DNA of 64,000 bases from Candidatus Kerfeldbacteria bacterium (GTDB lineage Bacteria > Patescibacteriota > Patescibacteriia > UBA10025 > JAHIVO01), in the NCBI GenBank assembly GCA_016214565.1, contig JACROE010000002.1, positions 600,007 through 664,006 on the forward strand, written 5' to 3'. The notes under the pieces were generated by a model that had not been told where the DNA came from, ran no database searches, and saw nothing but the letters and a program-made list of their open reading frames with translations. Below, in pieces: positions 29,467 to 39,034 of this stretch (the first letter of the stretch is position 1; every line of letters starts with the position of its first letter). The translations under genes and the position numbers were made by a program.

Positions 29467-29567
29467 ATCGATTGTCACTCTGAGTGAAACGAAGAGTCTC
29501 CTGGCCAACGGCCAGGCGACTCTTTAAGTTAATTTAGGTTGATCCCTTTCTTTGTTCGCCGCTTTTC

Positions 29568-29614
29568 TGCTCGTCCAGAAAAGCGGCAGAAAAGAGACGC
29601 CGCCAAGGCAAAGA
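29568..29614. repeat. hairpin element, family 2, copy B
   Basis: GCCGCTTTTCTG...CAGAAAAGCGGCAGAAAAGAGACGCC, paralogous to 20738-20784. Confidence 0.5.
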
Positions 29615-30248
29615 AATTAACACAAAAAGGCTCGTCGTCGCTGCCGACCCACAACCGGCTCCGCCTTGAGTGGGCATCGGCGCCTTTTCAGGCACGCTCC
29701 TCCTCACTCTTTTTGTGTAACATTTCTTTTTGATTGGCGGATTTAATGGATATGAGTAGAAGGAAAGTTTTCGCGGAAAATAAATATGGACGACTTCACG
29801 TGAGGTCAAAGTCGTCCATTAGTTAGATTGCCGCGCTTGACTGTCGTCAAGCAAATCCGGTTGGCCACACATTGTGGAGATGTAGTTTGCATGAGCAGCA
29901 GCCGCTTGTGCAATTCCACCGTGAGGTCCATCTCACCAAAAGATCACTGAAGATCGGCTGAAATGGTCGTTCACATACTGTGAATGGTGGTTGCAGCTGT
30001 GCTGCTGAGTGTGGTACCGGGAGGGCAACCGTCGTCATTGCGTCTGACATGAAATGTACAAACATAACAACCCTCCGGCTATGTATAGAAATCAGATTAC
30101 TCCTGTGATGAAAAATGTCAAATCCCCAATAAAAACGTTTGCGTTCGCAAACTGCTGTGCTATACTGAGCTTTACGGATAACCCTGGAGAATAAGTGCTA
30201 AGCATAGCGCTTTTTTATCACTAGCAAGGGTGAGAAAACCAGAAAAAT

Positions 30249-30335
30249 GGAGGCGTGCCAGAGCGGTTGAATGGGCGTCCCTGGAAAGGACGTAAACCTT
30301 CACGGGTTTCAGAGGTTCGAATCCTCTCGCCTCCG
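30249..30335 (+). tRNA. tRNA-Ser(GGA)
   Basis: 87 nt; acceptor GGAGGCG/CGCCTCC, anticodon loop CTGGAAA, long variable arm, TTCGAAT T-loop; no encoded CCA. Confidence 0.8.
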
Positions 30336-30492
30336 AATGAACAAAGTGAGTGAAGGAGCGAAGTCCTGCACCTGCGTGCAGGACGTGAGGATGAGAAAGC
30401 CGCAGCGATGCGCGAGTTTCCCGAAGGGAAGGCGAGCGCCGCGAGGCGGGGTCGACCGCAATTGCCGTCAGGCAATTGACGGGTGACCGAAA

Positions 30493-30504
30493 CTCTCGCC
30501 TCCG
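30493..30504 (+). repeat. direct repeat of tRNA-Ser 3' end (CTCTCGCCTCCG)
   Basis: Exact 12-nt copy (16/18 with flanks) 169 nt downstream of the tRNA 3' end. Confidence 0.55.
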
Positions 30505-30561
30505 CCAAGAGAATTAAGTATCGTGTGCAGCTCATAAGCACGTAATAAATATATAAATCAT

Positions 30562-31299
30562 ATGGATCAATCATCAATTAATCCAGCAATCCCAAAACAA
30601 GATCCTCAGGAGACGATTAATACTTCTATCTCAGGGGCAGATCAACCACGGGTTTATAAGGCTGTAAGGGCAGTGGGGGTGGTCAAGCCAACATATTTAC
30701 CAGGAAATAAAAACTTCGGGAATAGCTTGCAAGTGATAGGCACTGCCTTCTGGCTAAAGGATTATAAAGTTTTGGTAACATGTGCGCATGTGATTCAGGG
30801 ATTGCTTGCTGGCCCTTTAGAGCAAACAGGACTTCTGGTCGTTGGGAATCTAGGAAATTATGCTCGTGCGGTAATTGCTTCTGTAGATTTAGCACATGAT
30901 CTAGCCGTTCTTAAAATTGTTGATAAAAATGAAATATTTATTAATTCTGAGGCTGCTCAAGGTTTGGAAATGGTTAACGAATATCCTAGTGTCGGGAAAG
31001 CTGTGGGGTATGCTGGCTTTCCAATGGGTTCGCAATTACTCAACTCAATTCATTCGCCGACATACGCGGAGGGAGTTGTTGCGGTTCAGCTCCGGGAAAA
31101 CCCCAGTAGGAAAGAAATCCAAATTACAGGAGCTGTTGCTGGGGGATATAGTGGCGCTCCAGTTGTATTAAAAGATGAGAGTGTCAAATTAATCGGCGTT
31201 TTAGCCAGTGGCCCAAGCGCCCCGGGGACACAAGGAAATATTTTTATGGCTATTTCTTGGCAACATGTGGAAGCGTTGGCCAAACTTGCCAATTCATAA
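30562..31299 (+). CDS. trypsin-like (S1/chymotrypsin family) serine peptidase
   Basis: Catalytic triad context TCAHV (His), DLAVLKI (Asp), GYSGAPV (Ser). Confidence 0.7.
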   Translation: MDQSSINPAIPKQDPQETINTSISGADQPRVYKAVRAVGVVKPTYLPGNKNFGNSLQVIGTAFWLKDYKVLVTCAHVIQGLLAGPLEQTGLLVVGNLGNYARAVIASVDLAHDLAVLKIVDKNEIFINSEAAQGLEMVNEYPSVGKAVGYAGFPMGSQLLNSIHSPTYAEGVVAVQLRENPSRKEIQITGAVAGGYSGAPVVLKDESVKLIGVLASGPSAPGTQGNIFMAISWQHVEALAKLANS

Positions 31300-31330
31300 G
31301 TATTCCCTTGAGTCAGAAAAGTCATCACAT

Positions 31331-31693
31331 ATGAAACTTACTCGCCGGACCGCACAGGTCAAAAAGAAGCATGGCATCAAGTTGTGGGTTTATCCCATTA
31401 AGCGCAAAGAAGCCGGTGTCGCATATGTAGAAGTCGCTCAGGGTCATCTCCAGGAATTTTATGATACAAAAAGCACTTTTATTTACTACATCATCGAAGG
31501 TAGGGGTGGCTTTTACTTGAACGGCAAAAGAGTCGCCGTAAAAGCAACCGATCTTATCACTATTCCGCCGATGACAAAAATTTATTACATGGGGAAAATG
31601 AAGATGATATTAACGACGATTCCGGCATGGCACGCTAAAAATGAAGTCCATGTACGATTTATAAAGCAGCCAAAGAAACATGCCTCAAGATAA
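31331..31693 (+). CDS. small cupin-fold-like protein (putative)
   Basis: 120 aa beta-rich ORF; start set at MKLTRR downstream of the overlapping frame extension; weak cupin-like pattern. Confidence 0.4.
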   Translation: MKLTRRTAQVKKKHGIKLWVYPIKRKEAGVAYVEVAQGHLQEFYDTKSTFIYYIIEGRGGFYLNGKRVAVKATDLITIPPMTKIYYMGKMKMILTTIPAWHAKNEVHVRFIKQPKKHASR

Positions 31694-33473
31694 CATCGAA
31701 GCAATCAAATCAAAACTGGATGTCGTTGAGGTCCTCAGCGAGTATATTCAGATGAAGCCAGCCGGGAGTAATAATTTCAAAGCGCTGTGTCCCTTTCATG
31801 GGGAGAAGACGCCGTCCTTTATGATTTCCAAAGACAAACAGATCTGGCACTGCTTTGGCTGCGGCGAGGGCGGCGATATCTTCGGCTTCGTCATGCGCAT
31901 GGAAGGCATGGAATTCCCCGAGGCGCTGCGGCACCTGGCGCAGAAAGCGGGCGTGCAGCTGCAATATCAGGATCCGACGATTTCAAATAAGAAAACACTG
32001 TACCACGACATTTGTCGGAATGCCGCAGAATTCTATCACGCTATTCTCGTTGACCATCCCAAAGCGCAATTCGTCCGCGATTACCTCGCCAAGCGCGGGG
32101 TGAGCCAGGAAAGCATTAAGACCTGGCAGCTGGGCTACGCACCTGAGGGTTGGGATACGCTGAACAATTATTTAGTGCAAAAGAAATCATTTAAAGAAGA
32201 GGATATTTTCCAGGCGGGCATGACGGTAAAGAAAGATCGCGGCGCTGGATATAATGATCGCTTCCACAAACGGCTGATGTTTCCCATCTGGGACAACCAT
32301 GGCACGGTGATTGGTTTTGGCGGACGGTGGCTGGGCACCGAGAAAGACATGGCTAAATATGTGAACACCCCCCAGACCCTGATCTACAACAAAAGCCAAG
32401 TGCTCTACGGCATCGATAAAGCAAAAGCGGAAATCAAGAAACAGAAATTTGCTGTGGTCGTCGAGGGGTACATGGATTGCCTCGCTTCACATCAAGCTGG
32501 CGTGACCAACGTGGTGGCTGCTTCGGGCACCGCGCTCACCAGCGAGCAGGTTAAATTATTGAAACGATTTACGACTGAAGTGCGCTTTGCTTTTGACCAG
32601 GATTTAGCGGGTGATACCGCCGCCAAACGCGGCATCACCGTGGCCTGGCAGGAGGACATGGCCACCAAGATTATTACGGTTCCCGAGGGCAAGGATCCCG
32701 ATGAATTGATCCAGAAAGACCCCGCACTCTGGAACCAGGCGATTGCTGATGCACAGTCCATCATGGAGTACTATATGACGTCCACGGTGAAGCAGTATGA
32801 CGCCTCAACGGTTGAGGGAAAGAAAAAAATAGCCAAAGTCGTACTACCGATTATCGCCATGTTGGCCGACACCATTGAACAGACGCATTACCTTCAGAAA
32901 TTGGCAGGCATCCTCCAGGTGGAGGAGCAGACTCTGCGAGATAAGGTACGGCAGATCGAGGCAGGCGATACCAATCCGAAGCGCGCCGCCGGTCCGGTGG
33001 CAACGGCGCCCGTGCTGGATCGCAGTGTCCGGATCGCCGAGCGGTTGGTCGGCATCGGTCTGGAACGGCCGGAATTGTTGCCCACATTATTTGAACACTT
33101 GTTGTCTGCCTACATTTCGCATGAAAAGCTCCACCAGCTTTACAAATTATTGAATGTTCAGTATACTAAAAATCAAAATTTCACTTATCAAGGCTTTATC
33201 CAGTTGCTCCGCCAGGAGGACTCCTCCCTCGCGACGTATGCCGATCTTTTGACGATGCAGGCTGTCGCAGCACTCGAGGACCTCAATGAAACCGAAGTGG
33301 AGCACGAAGTCACGAATGGGGCCCAGTCGCTGAAGCGACACTATATTCAGCAACAGCTCAAATCGCTGGAACAGCAGATGCGAGCCGCTGAATCCCGCAA
33401 CGATCGAGAATCACTCGAACGGTTGAGTCTCCAATTTGCAGATCTCGCCGCCGAGTTGCACCAGGCCTCTTAA
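31680..33473 (+). CDS. dnaG: DNA primase
   Basis: CHC2 zinc finger [11 protein letters not shown]...CFGCG; TOPRIM region (VVVEGYMD); upstream of rpoD as in the MMS operon. Confidence 0.9.
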   Translation: MPQDNIEAIKSKLDVVEVLSEYIQMKPAGSNNFKALCPFHGEKTPSFMISKDKQIWHCFGCGEGGDIFGFVMRMEGMEFPEALRHLAQKAGVQLQYQDPTISNKKTLYHDICRNAAEFYHAILVDHPKAQFVRDYLAKRGVSQESIKTWQLGYAPEGWDTLNNYLVQKKSFKEEDIFQAGMTVKKDRGAGYNDRFHKRLMFPIWDNHGTVIGFGGRWLGTEKDMAKYVNTPQTLIYNKSQVLYGIDKAKAEIKKQKFAVVVEGYMDCLASHQAGVTNVVAASGTALTSEQVKLLKRFTTEVRFAFDQDLAGDTAAKRGITVAWQEDMATKIITVPEGKDPDELIQKDPALWNQAIADAQSIMEYYMTSTVKQYDASTVEGKKKIAKVVLPIIAMLADTIEQTHYLQKLAGILQVEEQTLRDKVRQIEAGDTNPKRAAGPVATAPVLDRSVRIAERLVGIGLERPELLPTLFEHLLSAYISHEKLHQLYKLLNVQYTKNQNFTYQGFIQLLRQEDSSLATYADLLTMQAVAALEDLNETEVEHEVTNGAQSLKRHYIQQQLKSLEQQMRAAESRNDRESLERLSLQFADLAAELHQAS

Positions 33474-33490
33474 TTTTTTTTATCGGATAC

Positions 33491-34738
33491 ATGTCCAGCA
33501 AAACGAAGACGAAGAAGGTTTCACCTGCCAAGAAAAAAACAGCTAAGACCGGTCATCCGCGCAAAAAACAATCCGTCCGCAAAACCACCGCCAAGAAAAC
33601 CGCCACTCGTCCGGCGCAGAAGGTAAAGGCGACCCTGGAGGAGTCGGTTTTGAATCGTTTGTTTGATAAAGCGCATGCTCGCGGTTTCGTGACTGAAACC
33701 GAGCTTTTGTATACCTTCAAAGAATTAGAGGACTATTTGCCGGTTTACGAATTATTCCTGGAACGTTTGGAGGATTCGGGCATACAGGTCGTTGAGGACA
33801 CCGGCAGTATTCTCGGCACGGCTGGCAATGAAGCTGGTGATGATAGTGATGACGATGATGATGAAGAGGAGGGTAGCAAAGTTGACGCGCGACGATTAGA
33901 TTTGTCAGATATTTCCAATGACTCGATACAGATGTACCTCCGGGAAATCGGTAAAGTACCGCTTTTGTCTGGACCAGAAGAAATGGAACTGGCTAAGCGC
34001 AAAGAAAAAGGCGAAGTGGAAGCGCAGCGCCGATTGGTCGAAGCGAACCTCCGCTTGGTCGTTTCGATTGCCAAGAAATTTACCGGCCGCTCATTATCAT
34101 TACTCGACCTTATTCAGGAGGGCAACATTGGCCTGTTCCGCGCCGTGGAAAAATTTGATTACCGCAAAGGCTACAAGTTTTCAACCTATGCCACTTGGTG
34201 GATTCGTCAGGCGATTACCCGAGCCCTGGCAGACCAGTCCCGCACTATTCGTATTCCGGTGCATATGGTGGAGACCATCAATCGGTTTCAGCAAGTAGAG
34301 CGTCAGTTGATCCAGGATCTCGGCCGTGAGCCGATGCCTGAGGAAATTGCCGCGGAAATGGGCGAGGAAGTTGACAAGATACACCATATTATGAAAATAT
34401 CCCAGGACACGGTTTCACTGGAAACCTCCGTGGGTGATAGTGATGATGAAGATTCGGTATTGGGCGACTTTATCGAAGATGTGAAGACCGTCACGCCTGA
34501 TCGGGTGGCCGCCATGCAGCTCCTCAAGGATCATGTGAACGACATCATCCGTGAGCTCTCGCCGCGCGAACAGAAGATACTCGAAATGCGGTTTGGCTTG
34601 TCGGATGGCGTGTCGCATACTCTAGAAGAAGTTGGTCAGGAATTCGGTGTCACGCGTGAACGTATTCGACAGATTGAAGCAAAAGCCCTTGAAAAGATTG
34701 AAGAGCATGGGGGCATGAAAAAATTGCGCGATTACTAA
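33491..34738 (+). CDS. rpoD: RNA polymerase sigma-70 factor
   Basis: Regions 1.2 to 4 conserved (IAKKF..., [30 protein letters not shown]...TRERIRQIE); Lys-rich N-terminal tail. Confidence 0.95.
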   Translation: MSSKTKTKKVSPAKKKTAKTGHPRKKQSVRKTTAKKTATRPAQKVKATLEESVLNRLFDKAHARGFVTETELLYTFKELEDYLPVYELFLERLEDSGIQVVEDTGSILGTAGNEAGDDSDDDDDEEEGSKVDARRLDLSDISNDSIQMYLREIGKVPLLSGPEEMELAKRKEKGEVEAQRRLVEANLRLVVSIAKKFTGRSLSLLDLIQEGNIGLFRAVEKFDYRKGYKFSTYATWWIRQAITRALADQSRTIRIPVHMVETINRFQQVERQLIQDLGREPMPEEIAAEMGEEVDKIHHIMKISQDTVSLETSVGDSDDEDSVLGDFIEDVKTVTPDRVAAMQLLKDHVNDIIRELSPREQKILEMRFGLSDGVSHTLEEVGQEFGVTRERIRQIEAKALEKIEEHGGMKKLRDY

Positions 34739-34758
34739 GACTGCATCGGCTTTCGCGC

Positions 34759-34814
34759 TCCGGGGTAGCTCAGCCCCGACGCTCTGGGTCGGGGTTCCGA
34801 CAGAATCGTCGGAA
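34759..34814 (+). repeat. partial 5' copy of tRNA-Asn (15 nt) fused to two YCCGAC/GTCGGR hairpins
   Basis: TCCGGGGTAGCTCAG is identical to the tRNA-Asn 5' end 83 nt downstream; followed by CCCCGAC-7-GTCGGGG and TTCCGAC-6-GTCGGAA. Confidence 0.5.
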
Positions 34815-34841
34815 TGGTCCAGGTAATAAAAAATTCTCCGT

Positions 34842-34913
34842 TCCGGGGTAGCTCAGTGGTAGAGCAGGTGGCTGTTAACCACTTGGTCGCAGGTTCGAAT
34901 CCTGTCCCCGGAG
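34842..34913 (+). tRNA. tRNA-Asn(GUU), copy 1
   Basis: 72 nt; U1-A72, D-arm GCTCAGTGGTAGAGC, anticodon loop CTGTTAA, TTCGAAT T-loop. Confidence 0.8.
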
Positions 34914-35007
34914 CAGAGAATTTTTTATTATCATAAGGTGACTGCTCGCCTCGCTGCGCTTTGGCGAAGCGGGCCTGCCCCGATGTGAGCGGCTGCGAAC
35001 CATCGGG

Positions 35008-35051
35008 GTTAACCACTTGGTTGTCCCGACGTACGTCGGGATCCCCGGAGC
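35008..35051 (+). repeat. partial 3' copy of tRNA-Asn with T-arm replaced by a TCCCGAC-GTAC-GTCGGGA hairpin
   Basis: GTTAACCACTTGGT (14 nt) and CCCCGGAGC (9 nt) are identical to tRNA-Asn segments; third member of the YCCGAC hairpin family. Confidence 0.5.
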
Positions 35052-35063
35052 CAGGGAGCTGAT

Positions 35064-35087
35064 CCGCCCAAAACCGGGCGGTTTTTG
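35064..35087 (+). terminator. rho-independent terminator (CCGCCC-AAAAC-CGGGCGG-TTTTT)
   Basis: GC stem plus T5; a second hairpin at 35108-35150 can serve the convergent minus-strand gene. Confidence 0.55.
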
Positions 35088-35283
35088 TCTGTATGCCTAG
35101 AAATAAAAAAACCCCCGGTCTTTCCAAATGAATGGAAGAATCGGGGGATTGTGTGCGCTCTTGCTAAAGAGCAAAGGGAAAGGGTCAAAGAGTAGAACCT
35201 AAGGTGTGTAGAATTAGATCCAAATCAACTTGCGCCGAGACTTTGGCAAGTAGATTTTGTGCAGAGCTGCAAAGGTGTGCGCG

Positions 35284-35904
35284 TTAGGCACTTTCGCCCC
35301 AATCAGAATCGAGGGTGCTCCAATCCCAGGAATCATCTTCTTCCATGTCGAGAGAAAGGTTATAATGCGTGCCTTTTGAATCACACATGATAACATCATC
35401 AAAACTGATGCTGGTTTTTCCGCGTTTCTCATTCATCCAGCGCAGCGTCTTCTGACCCTCTTCCTCATAAAGCATAAGGAAGTCTTTGAAATTCAGACGA
35501 GCTCTAACGGGCTTCTTTCTAAGAAGGGAAAGATATTCCTGCTCATCCATTGGGGGGCCATATTCGTTTTTTTTGCCAAAAAATATTCTAGCACCCGGGG
35601 CTCCTCCGAAACAGTTGTTGATTGGCCGCCCATCAATGGTAACGTCATTGCCAAAGACATCACTTAGATCGAAAACCTCACGCCTAAGATCTGTTGGCAG
35701 GGAAGCGTTCACTTTGATATGTACGTGTGTACTAAAATTATGGACGAACTGCCTGACAAGGTCTCTGCCTTGAGCTTCAATGACCCCTTGTGATTCTACG
35801 CTGGGGAGGCCGCTCTTGCGTAGCTGGGTTATGATGCGCTTAGTTAACTGTAAGATTTGATCATCAGTGATAGTCACTGCAGATGAGGACATGGATTGTG
35901 CCAT
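35284..35904 (-). CDS. hypothetical protein with acidic Trp-containing C-terminal tail
   Basis: AAGGAGG RBS 7 nt upstream of ATG (MAQSMSSS); no recognised domain; AT-richer surroundings. Confidence 0.45.
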   Translation of the reverse strand: MAQSMSSSAVTITDDQILQLTKRIITQLRKSGLPSVESQGVIEAQGRDLVRQFVHNFSTHVHIKVNASLPTDLRREVFDLSDVFGNDVTIDGRPINNCFGGAPGARIFFGKKNEYGPPMDEQEYLSLLRKKPVRARLNFKDFLMLYEEEGQKTLRWMNEKRGKTSISFDDVIMCDSKGTHYNLSLDMEEDDSWDWSTLDSDWGESA

Positions 35905-36215
35905 GGCGACATCCTCCTTACGATTGGCAGGATACTTCAGTACGACCACCGTGAGCCGTACGAGCCCTGTTTAGGTTCATTAGAAACAGATTTCTACAAG
36001 TCTATTATGTTATTTTTCGATAGACATGACAGGAGCCTGTTTCTAATAAAAAGACCCCACAAATTACCCTGTTTAATTAGGATTTGAATGTACAAAATAA
36101 GGGGGAAACTTATCATTATTAATAAATCCTGTCAAGGATGAATGTTTCACTTATTTGGAAAAACATCGCTTCCAAAATAAGCAATTTTGCGTTTTCCATG
36201 CTACAATATTAATCT

Positions 36216-37088
36216 ATGTCACAAAGTCTCGACGCCCAACAATTAATCCAATCCGCCCAGCGGAATGAAATCACTGAACACTTTATTTATCTCCGCTTAG
36301 CGGCAAGTATGCGGGATGCGCATAATCGTCAGGTACTCGAGCGGATCGCTGCTGACGAACTAGCTCATTATAATTTCTGGAAAGAACGCTCGGGTCAGGA
36401 CATTGCCCCGCGACAGATGATGATTCGTTGGTATGTATTTTTGGGGCGTGTTTTTGGCTTGACCTTTGCGGTGAAACTGATGGAACAGGGTGAAGAGAAA
36501 GCTCAGGCACGCTATGCTTCGAGCGCACAATTAACCCAGATTGATGAACAGATCATCCGCGACGAAGAGCGGCATGAAAGAGAATTGATCGGCATGATCG
36601 ATGAAGAGCGGTTGAAGTACGTGGGCTCAATGGTTCTTGGTTTAAATGACGCCCTTGTTGAATTAACTGGTGCGCTGGCTGGATTTACCCTGACGCTGCA
36701 GCGGACGGACATTATTGCGGTGGTCGGATTAATCACCGGCATTGCCGCGTCATTATCCATGGCAGTGTCGGAATATTTGTCCACTAAATCAGAAGGAGAT
36801 GGTCGGCATCCAGTACGCGCCTCATTATATACGGGCGTGGCGTATGTGATGACCGTGGTTGTCCTGATTTTGCCATTCTTTTTCCTCGAGAATCCGTTTG
36901 TGGCACTGGCGATTTCACTAAGCGCGGCGTTACTGATAATTGCCTTGTTTAATTATTATGTGTCAATTGCCCAAGGATATTCATTCCGCAAACGATTTGT
37001 TGAAATGGCGGGCCTCAGTCTGGGAGTTGCAGCGGTTACGTTTTCCATAGGATTTATTGTCAGTAAATTTTTTAATATTGATGTCTAG
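36216..37088 (+). CDS. membrane-bound ferritin-like/VIT1(CCC1) family protein (MbfA-like iron/manganese transporter)
   Basis: N-terminal rubrerythrin/ferritin-like EExxH-type helices (ELAHYNFW, DEERHEREL) plus C-terminal VIT1 membrane domain. Confidence 0.7.
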   Translation: MSQSLDAQQLIQSAQRNEITEHFIYLRLAASMRDAHNRQVLERIAADELAHYNFWKERSGQDIAPRQMMIRWYVFLGRVFGLTFAVKLMEQGEEKAQARYASSAQLTQIDEQIIRDEERHERELIGMIDEERLKYVGSMVLGLNDALVELTGALAGFTLTLQRTDIIAVVGLITGIAASLSMAVSEYLSTKSEGDGRHPVRASLYTGVAYVMTVVVLILPFFFLENPFVALAISLSAALLIIALFNYYVSIAQGYSFRKRFVEMAGLSLGVAAVTFSIGFIVSKFFNIDV

Positions 37089-37090
37089 CC

Positions 37091-37423
37091 ATGATTTCCT
37101 ACGATGATTTTCAGAAAGTAGACATGCGTGTCGGTCGGATCAGTGCGGTCGAAGAATTCCCTCGGGCGAAAAATCCGTCTTTCCGCGTGCAGGTTGATTT
37201 CGGTACCGAACTCGGCACCAAGTGGTCGAGCGTCCAGGCCAAGCGGGATTATACGCCTGAACAATTGATGGGGAGACTCGTGGTCTGTACAGTTAATTTT
37301 CCACCAAAGAACATTGCAGGCTTTATGTCCGAAGTGCTGGTGATGGGGGTTTCAAACGACGCCGGTGCATTAGTACTGCTCCAGCCGGATCGTGACGCGC
37401 CGTTAGGCAGTCGCGTGTATTAA
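37091..37423 (+). CDS. csaA: tRNA-binding protein (CsaA/EMAP-like OB-fold)
   Basis: 110 aa; DMRVGRI...A.......KL..L.VD.G canonical CsaA pattern. Confidence 0.7.
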   Translation: MISYDDFQKVDMRVGRISAVEEFPRAKNPSFRVQVDFGTELGTKWSSVQAKRDYTPEQLMGRLVVCTVNFPPKNIAGFMSEVLVMGVSNDAGALVLLQPDRDAPLGSRVY

Positions 37424-37453
37424 ATAGAATAAAAAGCAGGGTATAATAGTAAT

Positions 37454-38146
37454 ATGTCTATACGTGGCACAATCCGATGGATTCTCAGGCGTGAAGCCAA
37501 TGATTGGAAAAAGGATTTCTTCATCATTGGGGGAATCATTTTGATTGTGGGCGCATTCATTTGGTGGAGCCCGCCGTTGCCGGATGCGGCGACGATTCAG
37601 GAATGGACTGAACGCTTAGGCGCGTCTGGTCCATTGGCAATGATGATGACCATTGTCGCTGAATCGATCCTAGCTCCGATACCCGGAACCTTTATCTCTA
37701 TTGCCGCTGGCGTGCTCTATGGTGTCTGGCCAGGCGTACTCTATGTTTGGGTGGCCAATGTCATTGGATCATCCCTTACGTTTTTTATTGGAAGGAAACT
37801 GGGCCGACCAGTGGTGGAAAAAATTGTGCGAGGGAAACATATTGATTCCTATGATGCATTTTTTCGGCGTAATCGACTGCTGATCGCATTGGCGTATGTC
37901 ATTCCCATCTTGTTTCCTACGGATATGATTGGGTATGTGGTTGGGCTATCACAAGTATCCTACCGCCGTTTTGCCATTTATATGCCCATAGGATTTGCTA
38001 TTAATCTGACGATACTCACCTCGTTTGGCAATAATTTGGTGGAAGCGTCAAAAGCGACACAAACCTGGTATTTTGCCAGTATGCTTATACTTGTATTTAT
38101 TGCGGTATTGGTTCAGCGGAGCATCAACCGTCGTAGTCCCGTTTGA
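37454..38146 (+). CDS. DedA/SNARE-associated (TVP38/TMEM64) family membrane protein
   Basis: 230 aa multi-TM protein with a typical DedA re-entrant region (GRKLGRPVVEK). Confidence 0.7.
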   Translation: MSIRGTIRWILRREANDWKKDFFIIGGIILIVGAFIWWSPPLPDAATIQEWTERLGASGPLAMMMTIVAESILAPIPGTFISIAAGVLYGVWPGVLYVWVANVIGSSLTFFIGRKLGRPVVEKIVRGKHIDSYDAFFRRNRLLIALAYVIPILFPTDMIGYVVGLSQVSYRRFAIYMPIGFAINLTILTSFGNNLVEASKATQTWYFASMLILVFIAVLVQRSINRRSPV

Positions 38147-38317
38147 CAACTAACTATACATACGCTACTATCATCCCCGTATGACACACGCACGAAATAA
38201 TAATGCCAATAATTTTTTCCGAAACCCTTCGGCGTAATTCATCGTGTTTAAATAATAGATGATGTTCCGCCGAAAAGGCGGAATTTTTAATATATATTAA
38301 TTGGTTGCGTTATAAAT

Positions 38318-38391
38318 TCTGGGGTAGTTTAATTTGGTAGAACGCTGCACTGTTAATGCAGATGTTGGAGGTTCGAGTCCTCCCCCCAGAG
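38318..38391 (+). tRNA. tRNA-Asn(GUU), copy 2 (different sequence)
   Basis: 74 nt; U1-A72; TAGTTTAATTTGGTAGAACG D-arm similar to E. coli tRNA-Asn; anticodon loop CTGTTAA; TTCGAGT T-loop. Confidence 0.8.
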
Positions 38392-38489
38392 CTTGTAACG
38401 GAATAATATTGTTTGTTGATAATGAATCCCAAATTGATTGACATTTTTTTGCTAGGTCTCATACTTATAATAGAAAGGAATACATATAT

Positions 38490-38789
38490 ATGCCAAAAAC
38501 TAAGCTAGGGAAATGGTCCGCGTGGTGCTTGGCCTTTTTTGTTATCTTCTTTGCCATTGCGCAAATAATTGTTGCGTCTGGCCAGGAGGGTGGAGAAACT
38601 TTTTTTGATAACCTCTACATTTCTATTCCCATGACGCTGGTGTGGCTTTCGGGGGTATTCGCTTTTATCTTTGGGAGCATCAGTATTACGAAGAGCAAAG
38701 AACGATCAGTGCTGGTATTTATTGCAACCGGTATTGGTTTTTTGATGTTGGTATTTATCCTTGGGGAAATATTTGGCCCAGACCACTAA
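38490..38789 (+). CDS. small hypothetical membrane protein
   Basis: 99 aa, three TM helices, AT-rich context between tRNA-Asn and the radical-SAM operon. Confidence 0.4.
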   Translation: MPKTKLGKWSAWCLAFFVIFFAIAQIIVASGQEGGETFFDNLYISIPMTLVWLSGVFAFIFGSISITKSKERSVLVFIATGIGFLMLVFILGEIFGPDH

Positions 38790-38948
38790 GTGCTGTACTG
38801 GATATAATACGTTAGTTTTTAGTGTCAGCGGTTGTATCATCTTGTCGGCTCGTTTGTGTCATTAAATGCCAGCTCGAGAATCTACGGGCTGAGCCGTCTT
38901 TTGGCAATTCCGTCCCTTGAGTGTGCGATAGGCATAACCCCGCTGGGC

Positions 38949-38978
38949 TTGACAAAATGGGCTGTTTCAGCGTATAGT
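38949..38978 (+). promoter_or_regulatory. sigma70 promoter (TTGACA-18-TATAGT) of the RNHCP/radical-SAM operon
   Basis: Consensus -35, near-consensus -10; shares a 17-nt module with the promoter at 20159. Confidence 0.6.
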
Positions 38979-39034
38979 GTACGGCTCATTGACAATTTAG
39001 TACAATGAGAAACGAAGGAGGTTTTATCGTTCAG

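Noticed and set aside
29847-30065. 72-aa minus-strand ORF in the gap upstream of tRNA-Ser
   Set aside because: No RBS or promoter, Cys/Trp-rich odd composition; the region is more consistent with non-coding structured sequence.
31208-31330. Upstream extension of the cupin-like ORF starting at 31208
   Set aside because: It overlaps the 3' end of the serine protease gene in another frame; the internal ATG at 31331 follows the protease stop and gives a compact about 120-aa protein.
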